Below are positions 7,751 through 15,987 of a stretch of DNA of 28,995 nt, piece after piece. This stretch comes from a virus (taxonomy: Duplodnaviria > Caudoviricetes), in IMG/VR virus record IMGVR_UViG_3300021124_000027, positions 1 to 28,995 of that record, one strand, 5' to 3'. Position 1 is the stretch's first letter; the number at the start of each line of letters is the position of its first letter. The position numbers and the translations under genes were made by a program. Under the pieces are notes generated by a model. It was not told the DNA's origin and made no database searches. It saw only the letters and a program-made list of their open reading frames with translations.

Positions 7751-8015
7751 TCATCACCAAGCAAGGATATTACAGGGTATGAGTGTCCATGCAGAGGTTA
7801 TCTTAGACCTTATAAAAACCTTGCCAAGACGAAATGTAATGCTGGTAATAGATAGTGCCGTTGATATGGAAATAGCGACTAGAAACACTGTTCACAAGTC
7901 AATCATGTGGCTTAAAAACAATGGTTATATCACTATGATAAGAAACGAAGGAGACGGGCGAGGTAAAACTTGCTCGATTACCAAGAGGGGATTGAATTAC
8001 TTAGATCAAGTCTAG
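7737..8015 (+). CDS. MarR-like winged-helix DNA-binding protein
   Basis: TVHKSIMWLKNNGYI...DGRGKTCSITKRG wing motif; start re-assigned to MTPTD. Confidence 0.7.
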   Translation: MTPTDHHQARILQGMSVHAEVILDLIKTLPRRNVMLVIDSAVDMEIATRNTVHKSIMWLKNNGYITMIRNEGDGRGKTCSITKRGLNYLDQV

Positions 8016-8768
8016 GATATTCCCTACATCTCCATGCAAAAACGCATCATTAAAATCGTAACCCTCAATGTCGGACTTCCAATATTGCCCTATCTTTTGG
8101 GCGGTTTGGAGTCCGATTTTGTCATGATCAGCGATTACTAACGGGTCATGCTTTCCCCTTGCAATTTCCAGCATATTCTGAGCAGAAAAACATACATGAA
8201 TTGTGTATCTCTTTTTAGCTTGTTTCAGAACTTCCCTCACCGATAACCCAGTGGCATATCCTTCAACAATTAAATCACGACCTTTATTGTCGATTACCAG
8301 CGAAGCACCTTTAGTAATCTGTCCACGCAAAAACTTCTTACTTCCCTCACTGTCTATCATTTGGCAACCGACCAATTTTCCGTCAATTCGCATAGGGACT
8401 AATAGCAGATTATTCCATACGGGTGCTTTTAAATCTGGAAAACCCTTACGGGCAAGGTATAAATGGGTCATGTCCGTAGCATGATTCAGCATAAAAACCG
8501 CCTTTGACTTTGCTTTAGATTGCTTCTCTAGCTGATCATCCTTAATTTTCTGTCGATCAATCTGTCTAAACGGGTCATAGTTTTTACTACGGAATGAGAT
8601 AGGTTTCTCATGGATAGCCCAATTTTGAATTGCACCAGATTGCCCATCCCAAATATACGAACCATTCTTTTTACTTGGTTTATCTTCCGTTGAAACCCTT
8701 GTCCATGAATTAATTTCTAATCTGTCAATAATAAGCCCGTGTTGCTGGGCGAAGTCGATGAATTCCAT
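8001..8768 (-). CDS. Toprim-domain primase-like protein
   Basis: IVEGYATGLS and VIADHD Toprim motifs; YLARKG and LLVPMR; likely start MEFIDF at 8768. Confidence 0.85.
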   Translation of the reverse strand: MEFIDFAQQHGLIIDRLEINSWTRVSTEDKPSKKNGSYIWDGQSGAIQNWAIHEKPISFRSKNYDPFRQIDRQKIKDDQLEKQSKAKSKAVFMLNHATDMTHLYLARKGFPDLKAPVWNNLLLVPMRIDGKLVGCQMIDSEGSKKFLRGQITKGASLVIDNKGRDLIVEGYATGLSVREVLKQAKKRYTIHVCFSAQNMLEIARGKHDPLVIADHDKIGLQTAQKIGQYWKSDIEGYDFNDAFLHGDVGNILDLI

Positions 8769-11275
8769 TTTGCTTTTCCTTTTGCGTATGCGATTGATCT
8801 TGAACGAATCCAATTAGCCGTCTCAAAGCTTGGCGGTATTGCTTGAACAACGCCCCATGCTTTCGGCGGGAATACCCCAACCTTTTCTTTAAATTTATGA
8901 GCAGACCATCCATCTTTGTATCCTCTTTCTCTGCCGTAATATAGTAACTCAGCATAGAATTTTTCTTGATTAATGTTCTTTTGTTTAATTTTACCGTCTA
9001 ATTCTTTGAGCTCTCCGGCAACTGAAACAATATGATTATTAATCTTTTTCTCGAATCCGCACTCATCACACGTATTTGTTTTAGATGTCCACAAACCAGC
9101 ACAAGCAGGGCATTTAGATTCTTTCTTTTCTCTTTCTGTTGGTTCAGCCCTAGTCGATTCCTTGCCCTCATTTAATTCTTTTACGCCATACTCATATAAA
9201 TCGTCCCAGTCTTTTCTGAAACGAAGATAATTTCCGGAATGATCTAGCCAAGTCGCAAATTCCTTGCCTTCATGCGTTCGCATTACTCTGCCCATCTGCT
9301 GAACATGAGAGCTTAATGATTTACTGAAAGGCCTAGCAGATATGCCAATCATTACATCTGATACATCAAACCCTTTTGTAAGAATATCCGTAGCGATTAG
9401 TCCGATAATTTCTGAGTCGGGTTTTGAGAATTCCTCAATAACCTGTCTTTTGTATTCACTATCTTCTTTATATGAGATTGAAACAAAATTATGCCCCGAT
9501 TGTTTAAAGTTTTTCTCTAAATCTCTGCCGTGATCCACGCCAGCACAGAACACAACTGTTTTAACAGGTTTGCCATATATTTCATAGGTTTTCTTATGCC
9601 ATTCTGCAACGATATCACCTGTAATCTTCATACCGCGATCTGTAATATCAGCTTCCGACCATTCACCAGCAACTTTTTTGGCGCCCGTCATGTCGATTTC
9701 TTTAGCAATAAACACTTTTAATGGTGTAAGCCACCTATCTTCAATCAACTCTTGCGTAGTGGGGGCATTAACGACATTGGAATAGATTTTACCCAACCCT
9801 TTGGTGAATGGTGTAGCAGTTAAACCGATTACTTTGAGATGGGGATTCTTTTCAATGATGTCAATAATGCCCTTGCGTTTTACATGGCACTCATCATAAA
9901 TCAATAACTCCATGTCCGGAGTAATGCTTCTAGATTCTAGTGTTTGCGCTGAACAGATTTGGATATGCTCTTGCGGTCTATGTCTCCAGTGTCCAGCTTG
10001 TAATACCCCATGCGGTATGTTGTATTTACCAAGTCGCAGACTGGTTTGCTCAACCAATACAATCCGATCAAGAATCATGGATACTTTTCTATGTTGCTTG
10101 GCATACTCCGCCATAATAGCAATTGCCATTTCAGTATTATGCGTTACCGTAAAATCACCCAATAAAAATAATTTATCTTTATCTATTTCAAAACCAAAAT
10201 ATTCGCCAGTTCCAATTGAATTTACTGTAATGCCAACTGATAGCGCATCTTTTTTTATTAATCTTGTTGTGGCTTTTTTTCTTGGTATTCTGCAAGGAAT
10301 TTTATCTGTGTTACCAGATATGGAAACTCTCCAATATATCCCTACTTTGCCATTGTTATGACATTTTTTTTGACACTCAACTATATAAGCCGCAAGACCC
10401 AAAGACCTTGCTAAATAAACAACTTCATGGGCAAGTCTTTTATTTTTTTGCACAAAATCAAAACAATTTCTACTTAAAGACCCATCTGTATCAATTAAAC
10501 CTGCTAATAATTCTAGCCTTTGAAACTCACTGCCAGTTAAATAAGAATGAGGGATATGTTTGTTACTAATTAAATTTAATGATTGAAAATCTTTTAACAA
10601 ACTATTGTTGTTCTTTCTGCCAGATGTAATATAAGCAACAACTGAATTGTTATTTTTTTGAAAGTCAATTTTTACTGATAACTTTCTAAATTCAGCTTCT
10701 TTATATATTTCCTCTAGTATCTCTTGATCTTCTGTGCATATTGCTGTTGTTTTTGATATTCCATCCCCTAGCCATAAGCCAAGATAATATGGATTAATTG
10801 GTTGGTACTTTTCCTCAAACAATACCCCCGTTCTCCATCCTTTTGCACAATGTTTAAAAGTCTTAGATTCTTTTAAATAATCTAAAACATTTATATTGTA
10901 AATTTTTCCAGTTTTATATTTGTCACTTCGAGAGCAATCCCATCTTGTTGCCCCTCCTGTTATTTTTAACGACAAAATATGAGCATCATTTACAATGTAT
11001 GAATCACCTTTTGTTGGTGTTACTTTGTATAATTCGCCAATTCCTTTAACGGTAGATAAAACAGTTCTAGGAAGGCTATCCGGTCCCATTAATAAGTCCC
11101 CAGCAACAACATTTTCCACCGTTTTAATAGTCCCATCGAACATTAAAACTGGAGTCCCTTTTCCCAAACATTTACCGCAACCTGTCGGCGCATATAAAAT
11201 CTGACTTCGGTGACTTTTAAAGCCCTCTAATAACTTATCTACTACTACTTTCTGATGTTCCCGTAATTGAAGCAT
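8717..11275 (-). CDS. SF2 DExH helicase (RadD/YejH-like) with C-terminal Zn finger, intein-containing
   Basis: APTGCGK|T, DECH, GLTATP, LTKGFD, QQMGRVMR, CPAC...CDEC. Confidence 0.93.
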   Translation of the reverse strand: MLQLREHQKVVVDKLLEGFKSHRSQILYAPTGCGKCLGKGTPVLMFDGTIKTVENVVAGDLLMGPDSLPRTVLSTVKGIGELYKVTPTKGDSYIVNDAHILSLKITGGATRWDCSRSDKYKTGKIYNINVLDYLKESKTFKHCAKGWRTGVLFEEKYQPINPYYLGLWLGDGISKTTAICTEDQEILEEIYKEAEFRKLSVKIDFQKNNNSVVAYITSGRKNNNSLLKDFQSLNLISNKHIPHSYLTGSEFQRLELLAGLIDTDGSLSRNCFDFVQKNKRLAHEVVYLARSLGLAAYIVECQKKCHNNGKVGIYWRVSISGNTDKIPCRIPRKKATTRLIKKDALSVGITVNSIGTGEYFGFEIDKDKLFLLGDFTVTHNTEMAIAIMAEYAKQHRKVSMILDRIVLVEQTSLRLGKYNIPHGVLQAGHWRHRPQEHIQICSAQTLESRSITPDMELLIYDECHVKRKGIIDIIEKNPHLKVIGLTATPFTKGLGKIYSNVVNAPTTQELIEDRWLTPLKVFIAKEIDMTGAKKVAGEWSEADITDRGMKITGDIVAEWHKKTYEIYGKPVKTVVFCAGVDHGRDLEKNFKQSGHNFVSISYKEDSEYKRQVIEEFSKPDSEIIGLIATDILTKGFDVSDVMIGISARPFSKSLSSHVQQMGRVMRTHEGKEFATWLDHSGNYLRFRKDWDDLYEYGVKELNEGKESTRAEPTEREKKESKCPACAGLWTSKTNTCDECGFEKKINNHIVSVAGELKELDGKIKQKNINQEKFYAELLYYGRERGYKDGWSAHKFKEKVGVFPPKAWGVVQAIPPSFETANWIRSRSIAYAKGKAKWNSSTSPSNTGLLLTD
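10136..11170 (-). mobile_element. 345-aa class 1 intein with LAGLIDADG endonuclease in helicase Walker A
   Basis: CLGKGTPVLMFDG start; LGLWLGDG and LAGLIDTDG; ends FLLGDFTVTHN followed by Thr+1. Confidence 0.95.
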
Positions 11276-11312
11276 TTTCTCTCCCTGATAAGATACCGCC
11301 TATCTTCGGTGT

Positions 11313-12125
11313 TTATTTTTCCAATTTCTTACATCTGTTGCGCCAGTAGGTTACTTCTTTAATTAACTCGGCATTTTTGTTTTGAAATTGATCCCTTGAA
11401 TTCTTTACTACGCTTAATTCTGACTCTAAAACCTTAACTCTTTTCTGCAATTCATTTATTTCATTTACTACTTTTTCCTCATCCCCTGACAATGCTAATT
11501 CTTTTGTCTTAAGGATTTGATTCTCTTCCACTAGCTTTTGATTAACAAACGATAACTCTTTTATCTCATCATCTGCCGGATTGTAATCTTCTATTTTATC
11601 TGCTTCTGGTTTCGGATCTTCTTTTTTTCCTATGTTGGTAGTCTCCATTGTTGTTTTTTTGCCCTTCATGGTGACTGCTTTCTTTGAAGGTCTTTCAATG
11701 GATAACTCTTTTCTCATATTGGCAACAAAAGTAGCGGATACCTTACATATCTTAGCCGTCTCTCTGTCTGAATATTCCGACCACTCAATGTCATTTAATA
11801 CTGTAGTGACTGCCTTTCTTTTATCTGTATTGGTTCTCTGGAAACCATGCTCGGCATTGACCCCAAAGGAATACAACTGAGCATCTCGGATTGTGCCATT
11901 ACGGACATTGACCTCAACCTTGCTAGTGCCGAGCTTCTGATACATGAAATACCGGTGAAAACCATCCACCAAGTAATAATTTACACCATCATAAAATGCT
12001 TCGATTGGCGGAAATATTGATCCCTCTTTACTGCTCTCTATATAGGTATTGATTACCTCTACGCTGATTCTTTCCCTTGATTGTGTACCGCCATCAATCT
12101 TAATCTTACTTAGTTCTAATAACAT
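11313..12125 (-). CDS. ParB/Srx-domain protein with HTH and C-terminal coiled coil
   Basis: FPPI...YLVDGFHR; SDRETAKICKVSATFV HTH; GGAG RBS before ATG 12125. Confidence 0.85.
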   Translation of the reverse strand: MLLELSKIKIDGGTQSRERISVEVINTYIESSKEGSIFPPIEAFYDGVNYYLVDGFHRYFMYQKLGTSKVEVNVRNGTIRDAQLYSFGVNAEHGFQRTNTDKRKAVTTVLNDIEWSEYSDRETAKICKVSATFVANMRKELSIERPSKKAVTMKGKKTTMETTNIGKKEDPKPEADKIEDYNPADDEIKELSFVNQKLVEENQILKTKELALSGDEEKVVNEINELQKRVKVLESELSVVKNSRDQFQNKNAELIKEVTYWRNRCKKLEK

Positions 12126-12151
12126 CTTTTCTCCTTTTAATGAATCTACTA

Positions 12152-12187
12152 TATCACACATGAATTAAAATGATGTCATCTGTGATA
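12152..12187. repeat. Degenerate ~35-bp element, copy 1 (copy 2 at 13204-13239)
   Basis: TATCACACATGAAT identical in both copies, followed by GATGT..CATCTGT. Confidence 0.6.
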
Positions 12188-12199
12188 AGAATAGGTTAA

Positions 12200-12637
12200 A
12201 CCACAGGGCGAGATGGTGATATGCCTGCTAAATAAGATATCAACCAAATGCCAGCCGACTTGCGTCCACTGCTTCCTGAGATAATGTTCTTCTTCCAAGA
12301 CGCCTATCAACTAGAGTCGGCCAAACTCCCTATGCATCACCTTAATCATGTCTTGTTCGTATCAGTACCCATTTAAGTCTGACTGCGCCGCCCTGTGTAT
12401 ATACTGCGAAGCGCAACCTGTTTCATTTAATTGCTCGGTCATTAGCAACGTCTCATGTAAGGTAGCTGAGACCAACCATCTGTATCGCCGTTCTGCGATT
12501 GCCAGTAGAAATGAAAAAACCTCTTGAAAGATATATTGCTGTAGAAAAGGGCACTTAGGTAAGTCATCCACGCAACTTATTAAAATGTCCTAACAATATA
12601 TCTATCAAGAGGTTTTCTGCGTTTTCTACTCCGCAAT
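12200..12637 (-). ncRNA. Putative large structured leader RNA/ncRNA upstream of the replication operon
   Basis: Many nested inverted repeats, no convincing ORF, promoter directly upstream. Confidence 0.6.
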
Positions 12638-12643
12638 ACAAAT

Positions 12644-12671
12644 ATTGTATCAAATCTATGGGAATGTGCAA
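12644..12671 (-). promoter_or_regulatory. Putative sigma70 promoter of the leader/replication operon
   Basis: TTGCAC-N16-TACAAT with TGn extension. Confidence 0.6.
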
Positions 12672-12683
12672 ATATTTTTGTCA

Positions 12684-12705
12684 CTTCTGCAAACGTTTGC
12701 AGTTA
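12684..12705. repeat. 22-bp palindromic element, copy 2
   Basis: CTTCTGCAAACGTTTGCAGTTA. Confidence 0.85.
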
Positions 12706-12706
12706 G

Positions 12707-12774
12707 AAATAAAATTGCCCTAGTTTTTTAGGCTAGGGCAACCACACAGGGGGGTGTGAACAGGGGGAACTGTT
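12707..12774 (-). ncRNA. Putative ~68-nt sRNA with two C-rich loops and an intrinsic terminator
   Basis: AACAG(TTCCCC)CTGTT-CACA(CCCCCC)TGTG-TGG-TTGCCCTAG(CCTAAAAAA)CTAGGGCAA-TTTTATTT. Confidence 0.7.
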
Positions 12775-12781
12775 AAATATA

Positions 12782-12809
12782 ATTGTAAAGGGATTTCATG
12801 GAATGTCAA
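12782..12809 (-). promoter_or_regulatory. Sigma70 promoter of the sRNA
   Basis: TTGACA-N16-TACAAT; predicted +1 near 12774. Confidence 0.7.
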
Positions 12810-12846
12810 TAAAAAAATGGGGGCGACCAAGTAGTCCAAACCCCCT
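12810..12846 (-). terminator. Probable intrinsic terminator after rusA
   Basis: GGGGG...CCCCC stem followed by ATTTTTTT on the minus strand. Confidence 0.55.
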
Positions 12847-12856
12847 AAAGACCTTC

Positions 12857-13213
12857 TCACAGGTATTCTTTAATTATAACCTGGCATCCGCCGTTTTTAA
12901 CCTTTTCACCACGTTCAACTGTTAATTTCCAGACTTGCTGATCATCTTCATACATATAGCCTTGCATAGAATCTAATATTGCTTTGCAACAATTATCTAT
13001 ATCCAACAATCTTTTGTCGCGCGGATACAACACTATGGATATTTCTACCTTAGAATCCCCGAATCCTTCTAAACTTTGACAGATATTAGCCACCGCAGAT
13101 TTAAAATCCATCCCTCTCTTGGAAATATATCTTCTATGTCCGGATGCTAGATACATGTTGTTGACTGAGGGCGGATAAGGAAAATAAAGGATGTGTTGTT
13201 TTTTATCACACAT
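12857..13213 (-). CDS. rusA: RusA-family Holliday junction resolvase
   Basis: PYPPSVNN, DKRLLDIDNCCKAILDSM and EDDQQV motifs. Confidence 0.92.
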   Translation of the reverse strand: MCDKKQHILYFPYPPSVNNMYLASGHRRYISKRGMDFKSAVANICQSLEGFGDSKVEISIVLYPRDKRLLDIDNCCKAILDSMQGYMYEDDQQVWKLTVERGEKVKNGGCQVIIKEYL

Positions 13214-13235
13214 GAATAAATAGATGTATCATCTG

Positions 13236-13264
13236 TTGACACCGTTAAATGGGTTTGATATTGT
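13236..13264 (+). promoter_or_regulatory. Putative sigma70 promoter of the long rightward operon
   Basis: TTGACA-N17-TATTGT with TGn. Confidence 0.6.
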
Positions 13265-13285
13265 TATTATACACAAGGGGGAATC

Positions 13286-13564
13286 ATGAAAATAGATTAC
13301 ACAAATATCAGCGAGCCGGAATGGTTGAAAGACCTTGCAGATGATAGTTGTTTAGGCATGAGAGATTTAATTGATATTTTTAAAATAAATCAAAAATGTT
13401 TAGAACAAAGAATTTATGCTGGTAATTTTCCGAAGCCTGATTTATCCCAAAAAAGTGTTTTAAATCGCAATCATATTTGGCAGGCAAGTAAGATGAAAAA
13501 AAACTTATGGCACGTTTCAACAATTAAAAAATTCTTCAAGGAAATAAAAAATGCATCTCACTAA
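13286..13564 (+). CDS. AlpA/excisionase-like HTH protein
   Basis: LGMRDLIDIFKI...IYAGNFPKP...W..STI pattern. Confidence 0.6.
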   Translation: MKIDYTNISEPEWLKDLADDSCLGMRDLIDIFKINQKCLEQRIYAGNFPKPDLSQKSVLNRNHIWQASKMKKNLWHVSTIKKFFKEIKNASH

Positions 13565-14423
13565 TAAATTTGGTTTACCAGAAGTATTTGTCAATCTAAC
13601 AAAGCGATCTACTTATTCAAAAGGGAGAGCTCACCTATCTGTTACAGAACTATTAAATAGTCCGCAGATTGTTCAATTAAAACGTAAGCATTGGGATGAT
13701 CTCGAGGAAGATGTGGCTGACAAAATATTTGCATTATTCGGCACTGCCATGCACTCTATCTTAGAGCATGGGAAAACAGAGGGAACAATTGTTGAAGAAA
13801 GAATCCACACTACAGTAGATGGATGGAATATTTCCGGTGCAATTGACCTTCAAGAAATCAGTGATCAAGGTATTAGCGTCAAAGATTACAAGACTACGGG
13901 TGCTTGGGCAGCAATGCAAGAAAAGGCTGAATGGGAACAACAGTTAAATATTTATGCATATCTTGTCGAAGCAGTAAAGGGCGCACCAGTGACTGATTTA
14001 GGCATTGTGGCCATTATTCGTGATTGGAATAAGCGAGAGTCTCAGACTAAAGAAAACTACCCAGAAGCACCCATTAAAGTAATCCCAATTACCTTATGGA
14101 GTTTTGCGGAAAGAGAACAGTTTATTAAGGATCGCATTACCTTACATAGCAACGCGCATCTATCTACAGAAATTGGAGAGGGTTATACGCCTTGCACACC
14201 ATCAGAAATGTGGGAAACGGAAACAGTTTATGCAATCAAAAAGACGGGCGGAGTAAGGGCAAAATCTTTACACGCAACTCAAGAGGAAGCCGACCAAAAG
14301 TTGGCTGAGCTCGGCAAGGGGTATGAATTAGAAGTAAGAAAAGGGGAAAGACGCCGGTGTAAGGATTATTGCCAAGTCAATCAATTTTGTAATCAATATA
14401 AAGAATATTTGGAGAAGCAATGA
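13551..14423 (+). CDS. PD-(D/E)XK exonuclease, Cas4-like
   Basis: FGTAMH, SGAID, DYKTT and QLNIY; C-terminal Cys cluster C...CKDYCQVNQFC. Confidence 0.88.
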   Translation: MHLTNKFGLPEVFVNLTKRSTYSKGRAHLSVTELLNSPQIVQLKRKHWDDLEEDVADKIFALFGTAMHSILEHGKTEGTIVEERIHTTVDGWNISGAIDLQEISDQGISVKDYKTTGAWAAMQEKAEWEQQLNIYAYLVEAVKGAPVTDLGIVAIIRDWNKRESQTKENYPEAPIKVIPITLWSFAEREQFIKDRITLHSNAHLSTEIGEGYTPCTPSEMWETETVYAIKKTGGVRAKSLHATQEEADQKLAELGKGYELEVRKGERRRCKDYCQVNQFCNQYKEYLEKQ

Positions 14424-14563
14424 GTGAATTAGCAACCATAAAGAATTCAAGATTTGTTTATAAGTCTGGTTCTGACGTATTAGCAACATGGAAGAAAACG
14501 GGATGGGTGCCACCATCAGAATATCGCAAAGACTATTTATTCGGAGAGAAAAATGCTAGGTGA
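14420..14563 (+). CDS. Small hypothetical protein (47 aa)
   Basis: ATGA-coupled; DVLATWKKTGWVPPSE. Confidence 0.65.
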   Translation: MSELATIKNSRFVYKSGSDVLATWKKTGWVPPSEYRKDYLFGEKNAR

Positions 14564-14771
14564 AAGACAACAAGCTATGTTACGGGCAGTAGCAAGAGAT
14601 CCAAAAGATCCTTTATTTGGTAAGCCGAATGAGTTATTAAATCTTGCAATAGATAGAATTATGTTGGAGCAACCTAATGCCTTTTTGGAGGAAAAGGATT
14701 TTAAGAATAGAAAATTCTATCATAAGCCAAGACATGCTGAAACCCTATATAAAAGTTACATTAAGGAGTGA
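14553..14771 (+). CDS. Hypothetical protein
   Basis: GGAG RBS; packed ORF. Confidence 0.65.
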   Translation: MLGERQQAMLRAVARDPKDPLFGKPNELLNLAIDRIMLEQPNAFLEEKDFKNRKFYHKPRHAETLYKSYIKE

Positions 14772-14778
14772 GAACAAA

Positions 14779-15072
14779 ATGAAACATCAACATTCACAAG
14801 TAATTAAAGCTTTTGCCGATGGGAAAGATTGTGAGTATTTTTTTAGTAATGAAGTAACTCAATGCTGGTTTCCCATAACCGATATAAGAGATTTTTACTA
14901 TCAAGAAGCTGTAAGAATCAAACCATTAGAGTTAAAAAAAGAAATTAGATTTACTATTGCTTATCTTGAATCTGTATATGAACCAAAAACCTTTCAACAT
15001 GAAATGGATAATCTCAAACTTACATTTGATGGTGAATCAAAAAAACTTATATTTGCAGAGGTGATTAAATGA
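14779..15072 (+). CDS. Hypothetical protein
   Basis: Start MKHQHSQVIKAFADG; LKLTFDGE motif. Confidence 0.7.
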   Translation: MKHQHSQVIKAFADGKDCEYFFSNEVTQCWFPITDIRDFYYQEAVRIKPLELKKEIRFTIAYLESVYEPKTFQHEMDNLKLTFDGESKKLIFAEVIK

Positions 15073-15290
15073 AAGCATTTCCATGCAAAGAAATACATAT
15101 ATCTGAAGTTAATGGTGATTTTGCAATTGAAGAGCATAAAGGCATGGATTTAAGAGATTACTTCGCTGCTAAAGCAATGCAATCAATTTTATTAGGCATT
15201 GTTACATCTAGTAATGATATAGACCAAGATTATATTACTAGTGTGTCTTATGATTTAGCCAATTCAATGATGGAAGCGAGGGAAAAATGA
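15069..15290 (+). CDS. Conserved phage protein (GMxLRDYFAAKAMQ type)
   Basis: MKAFP...GMDLRDYFAAKAMQ...SYDLANSMMEAR. Confidence 0.8.
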   Translation: MKAFPCKEIHISEVNGDFAIEEHKGMDLRDYFAAKAMQSILLGIVTSSNDIDQDYITSVSYDLANSMMEAREK

Positions 15291-15589
15291 GTGATGATGT
15301 TCAATTAGCGGGTTTTGGTGCTATTCCCGAGTCTGGTCGCACAAAATGGCAAGGCGCTTTTTTTGGGGTTAATCCAAGTTCTGATGGATATGACATGGGG
15401 TTTGACACGGAACAAAAAGCCAAAGAAAAATTTTTAATAGATTTATTAAGTTTTTTATCCGCAAATCCACGCATAGTAATGTATTGGCGAAGACTTCCAA
15501 TGCTTACTGTTTCATATGATTTTGATTCTGAAGTAGTTAAGTATAAATGTACGGGAAGAATTGCCTATACAAATTTGGAGAACGTTTAA
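15287..15589 (+). CDS. Hypothetical protein
   Basis: ATGA-coupled ORF. Confidence 0.65.
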   Translation: MSDDVQLAGFGAIPESGRTKWQGAFFGVNPSSDGYDMGFDTEQKAKEKFLIDLLSFLSANPRIVMYWRRLPMLTVSYDFDSEVVKYKCTGRIAYTNLENV

Positions 15590-15756
15590 TGCTTGCAGAA
15601 AAATTACACATTCAATTATATAAATACAACTCTAATGAAGAAATATTTCAAATTCGAAGAGTATTTTCAGATGAAGAGCATGAGCCTAAAATTTTTCATT
15701 ATATTGTGGATGGCATGTTAAAAGAATTAAATCATGCAATCAAAGAAAGCGAGTAA
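15589..15756 (+). CDS. Hypothetical protein
   Basis: GGAG RBS; start MLAEK. Confidence 0.55.
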   Translation: MLAEKLHIQLYKYNSNEEIFQIRRVFSDEEHEPKIFHYIVDGMLKELNHAIKESE

Positions 15757-15759
15757 GAC

Positions 15760-15987
15760 ATGAGCTGGGCTGAAGAACAGGCTATTGACATAGGGCCGCC
15801 AAATCGGTTTGGAGAATTTTTTCCAACTCGAGAGTCAAGCAATATTTGGGCAACCAAGGATGGCAGAAGATTGAAGATAAGCGAAATGACAGACGAGCAT
15901 CTTTATAACGCTTATAAAAAATTTAACGCTGAAACTTTGGCAAGAGAAATTTTATTAAGACTATTTAAGAAAGAGGTTGAAAAATGA
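15760..15987 (+). CDS. Hypothetical protein
   Basis: WATKDGRRLKISEMTDEHLYNA motif. Confidence 0.7.
   Translation: MSWAEEQAIDIGPPNRFGEFFPTRESSNIWATKDGRRLKISEMTDEHLYNAYKKFNAETLAREILLRLFKKEVEK

Noticed and set aside
8717-8813. Programmed frameshift fusing helicase and primase (52-nt overlap)
   Set aside because: No canonical slippery heptamer, and the primase has its own ATG at 8768 with a purine-rich upstream sequence.
8203-11880. Plus-strand ORFs overlapping primase, helicase and ParB genes (similarly 26487-26879, 27463-27971 and 28619-28978)
   Set aside because: Antisense or alternate-frame shadows of well-supported genes.
12362-12571. 69-aa minus-strand ORF
   Set aside because: No RBS or recognisable motif, and it lies across dense RNA-like stems. 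A leader peptide cannot be fully excluded.
13551-14423. CRISPR-Cas locus suggested by the Cas4-like nuclease
   Set aside because: No array or other cas genes; the context (ERF, SSB-like) indicates recombination.
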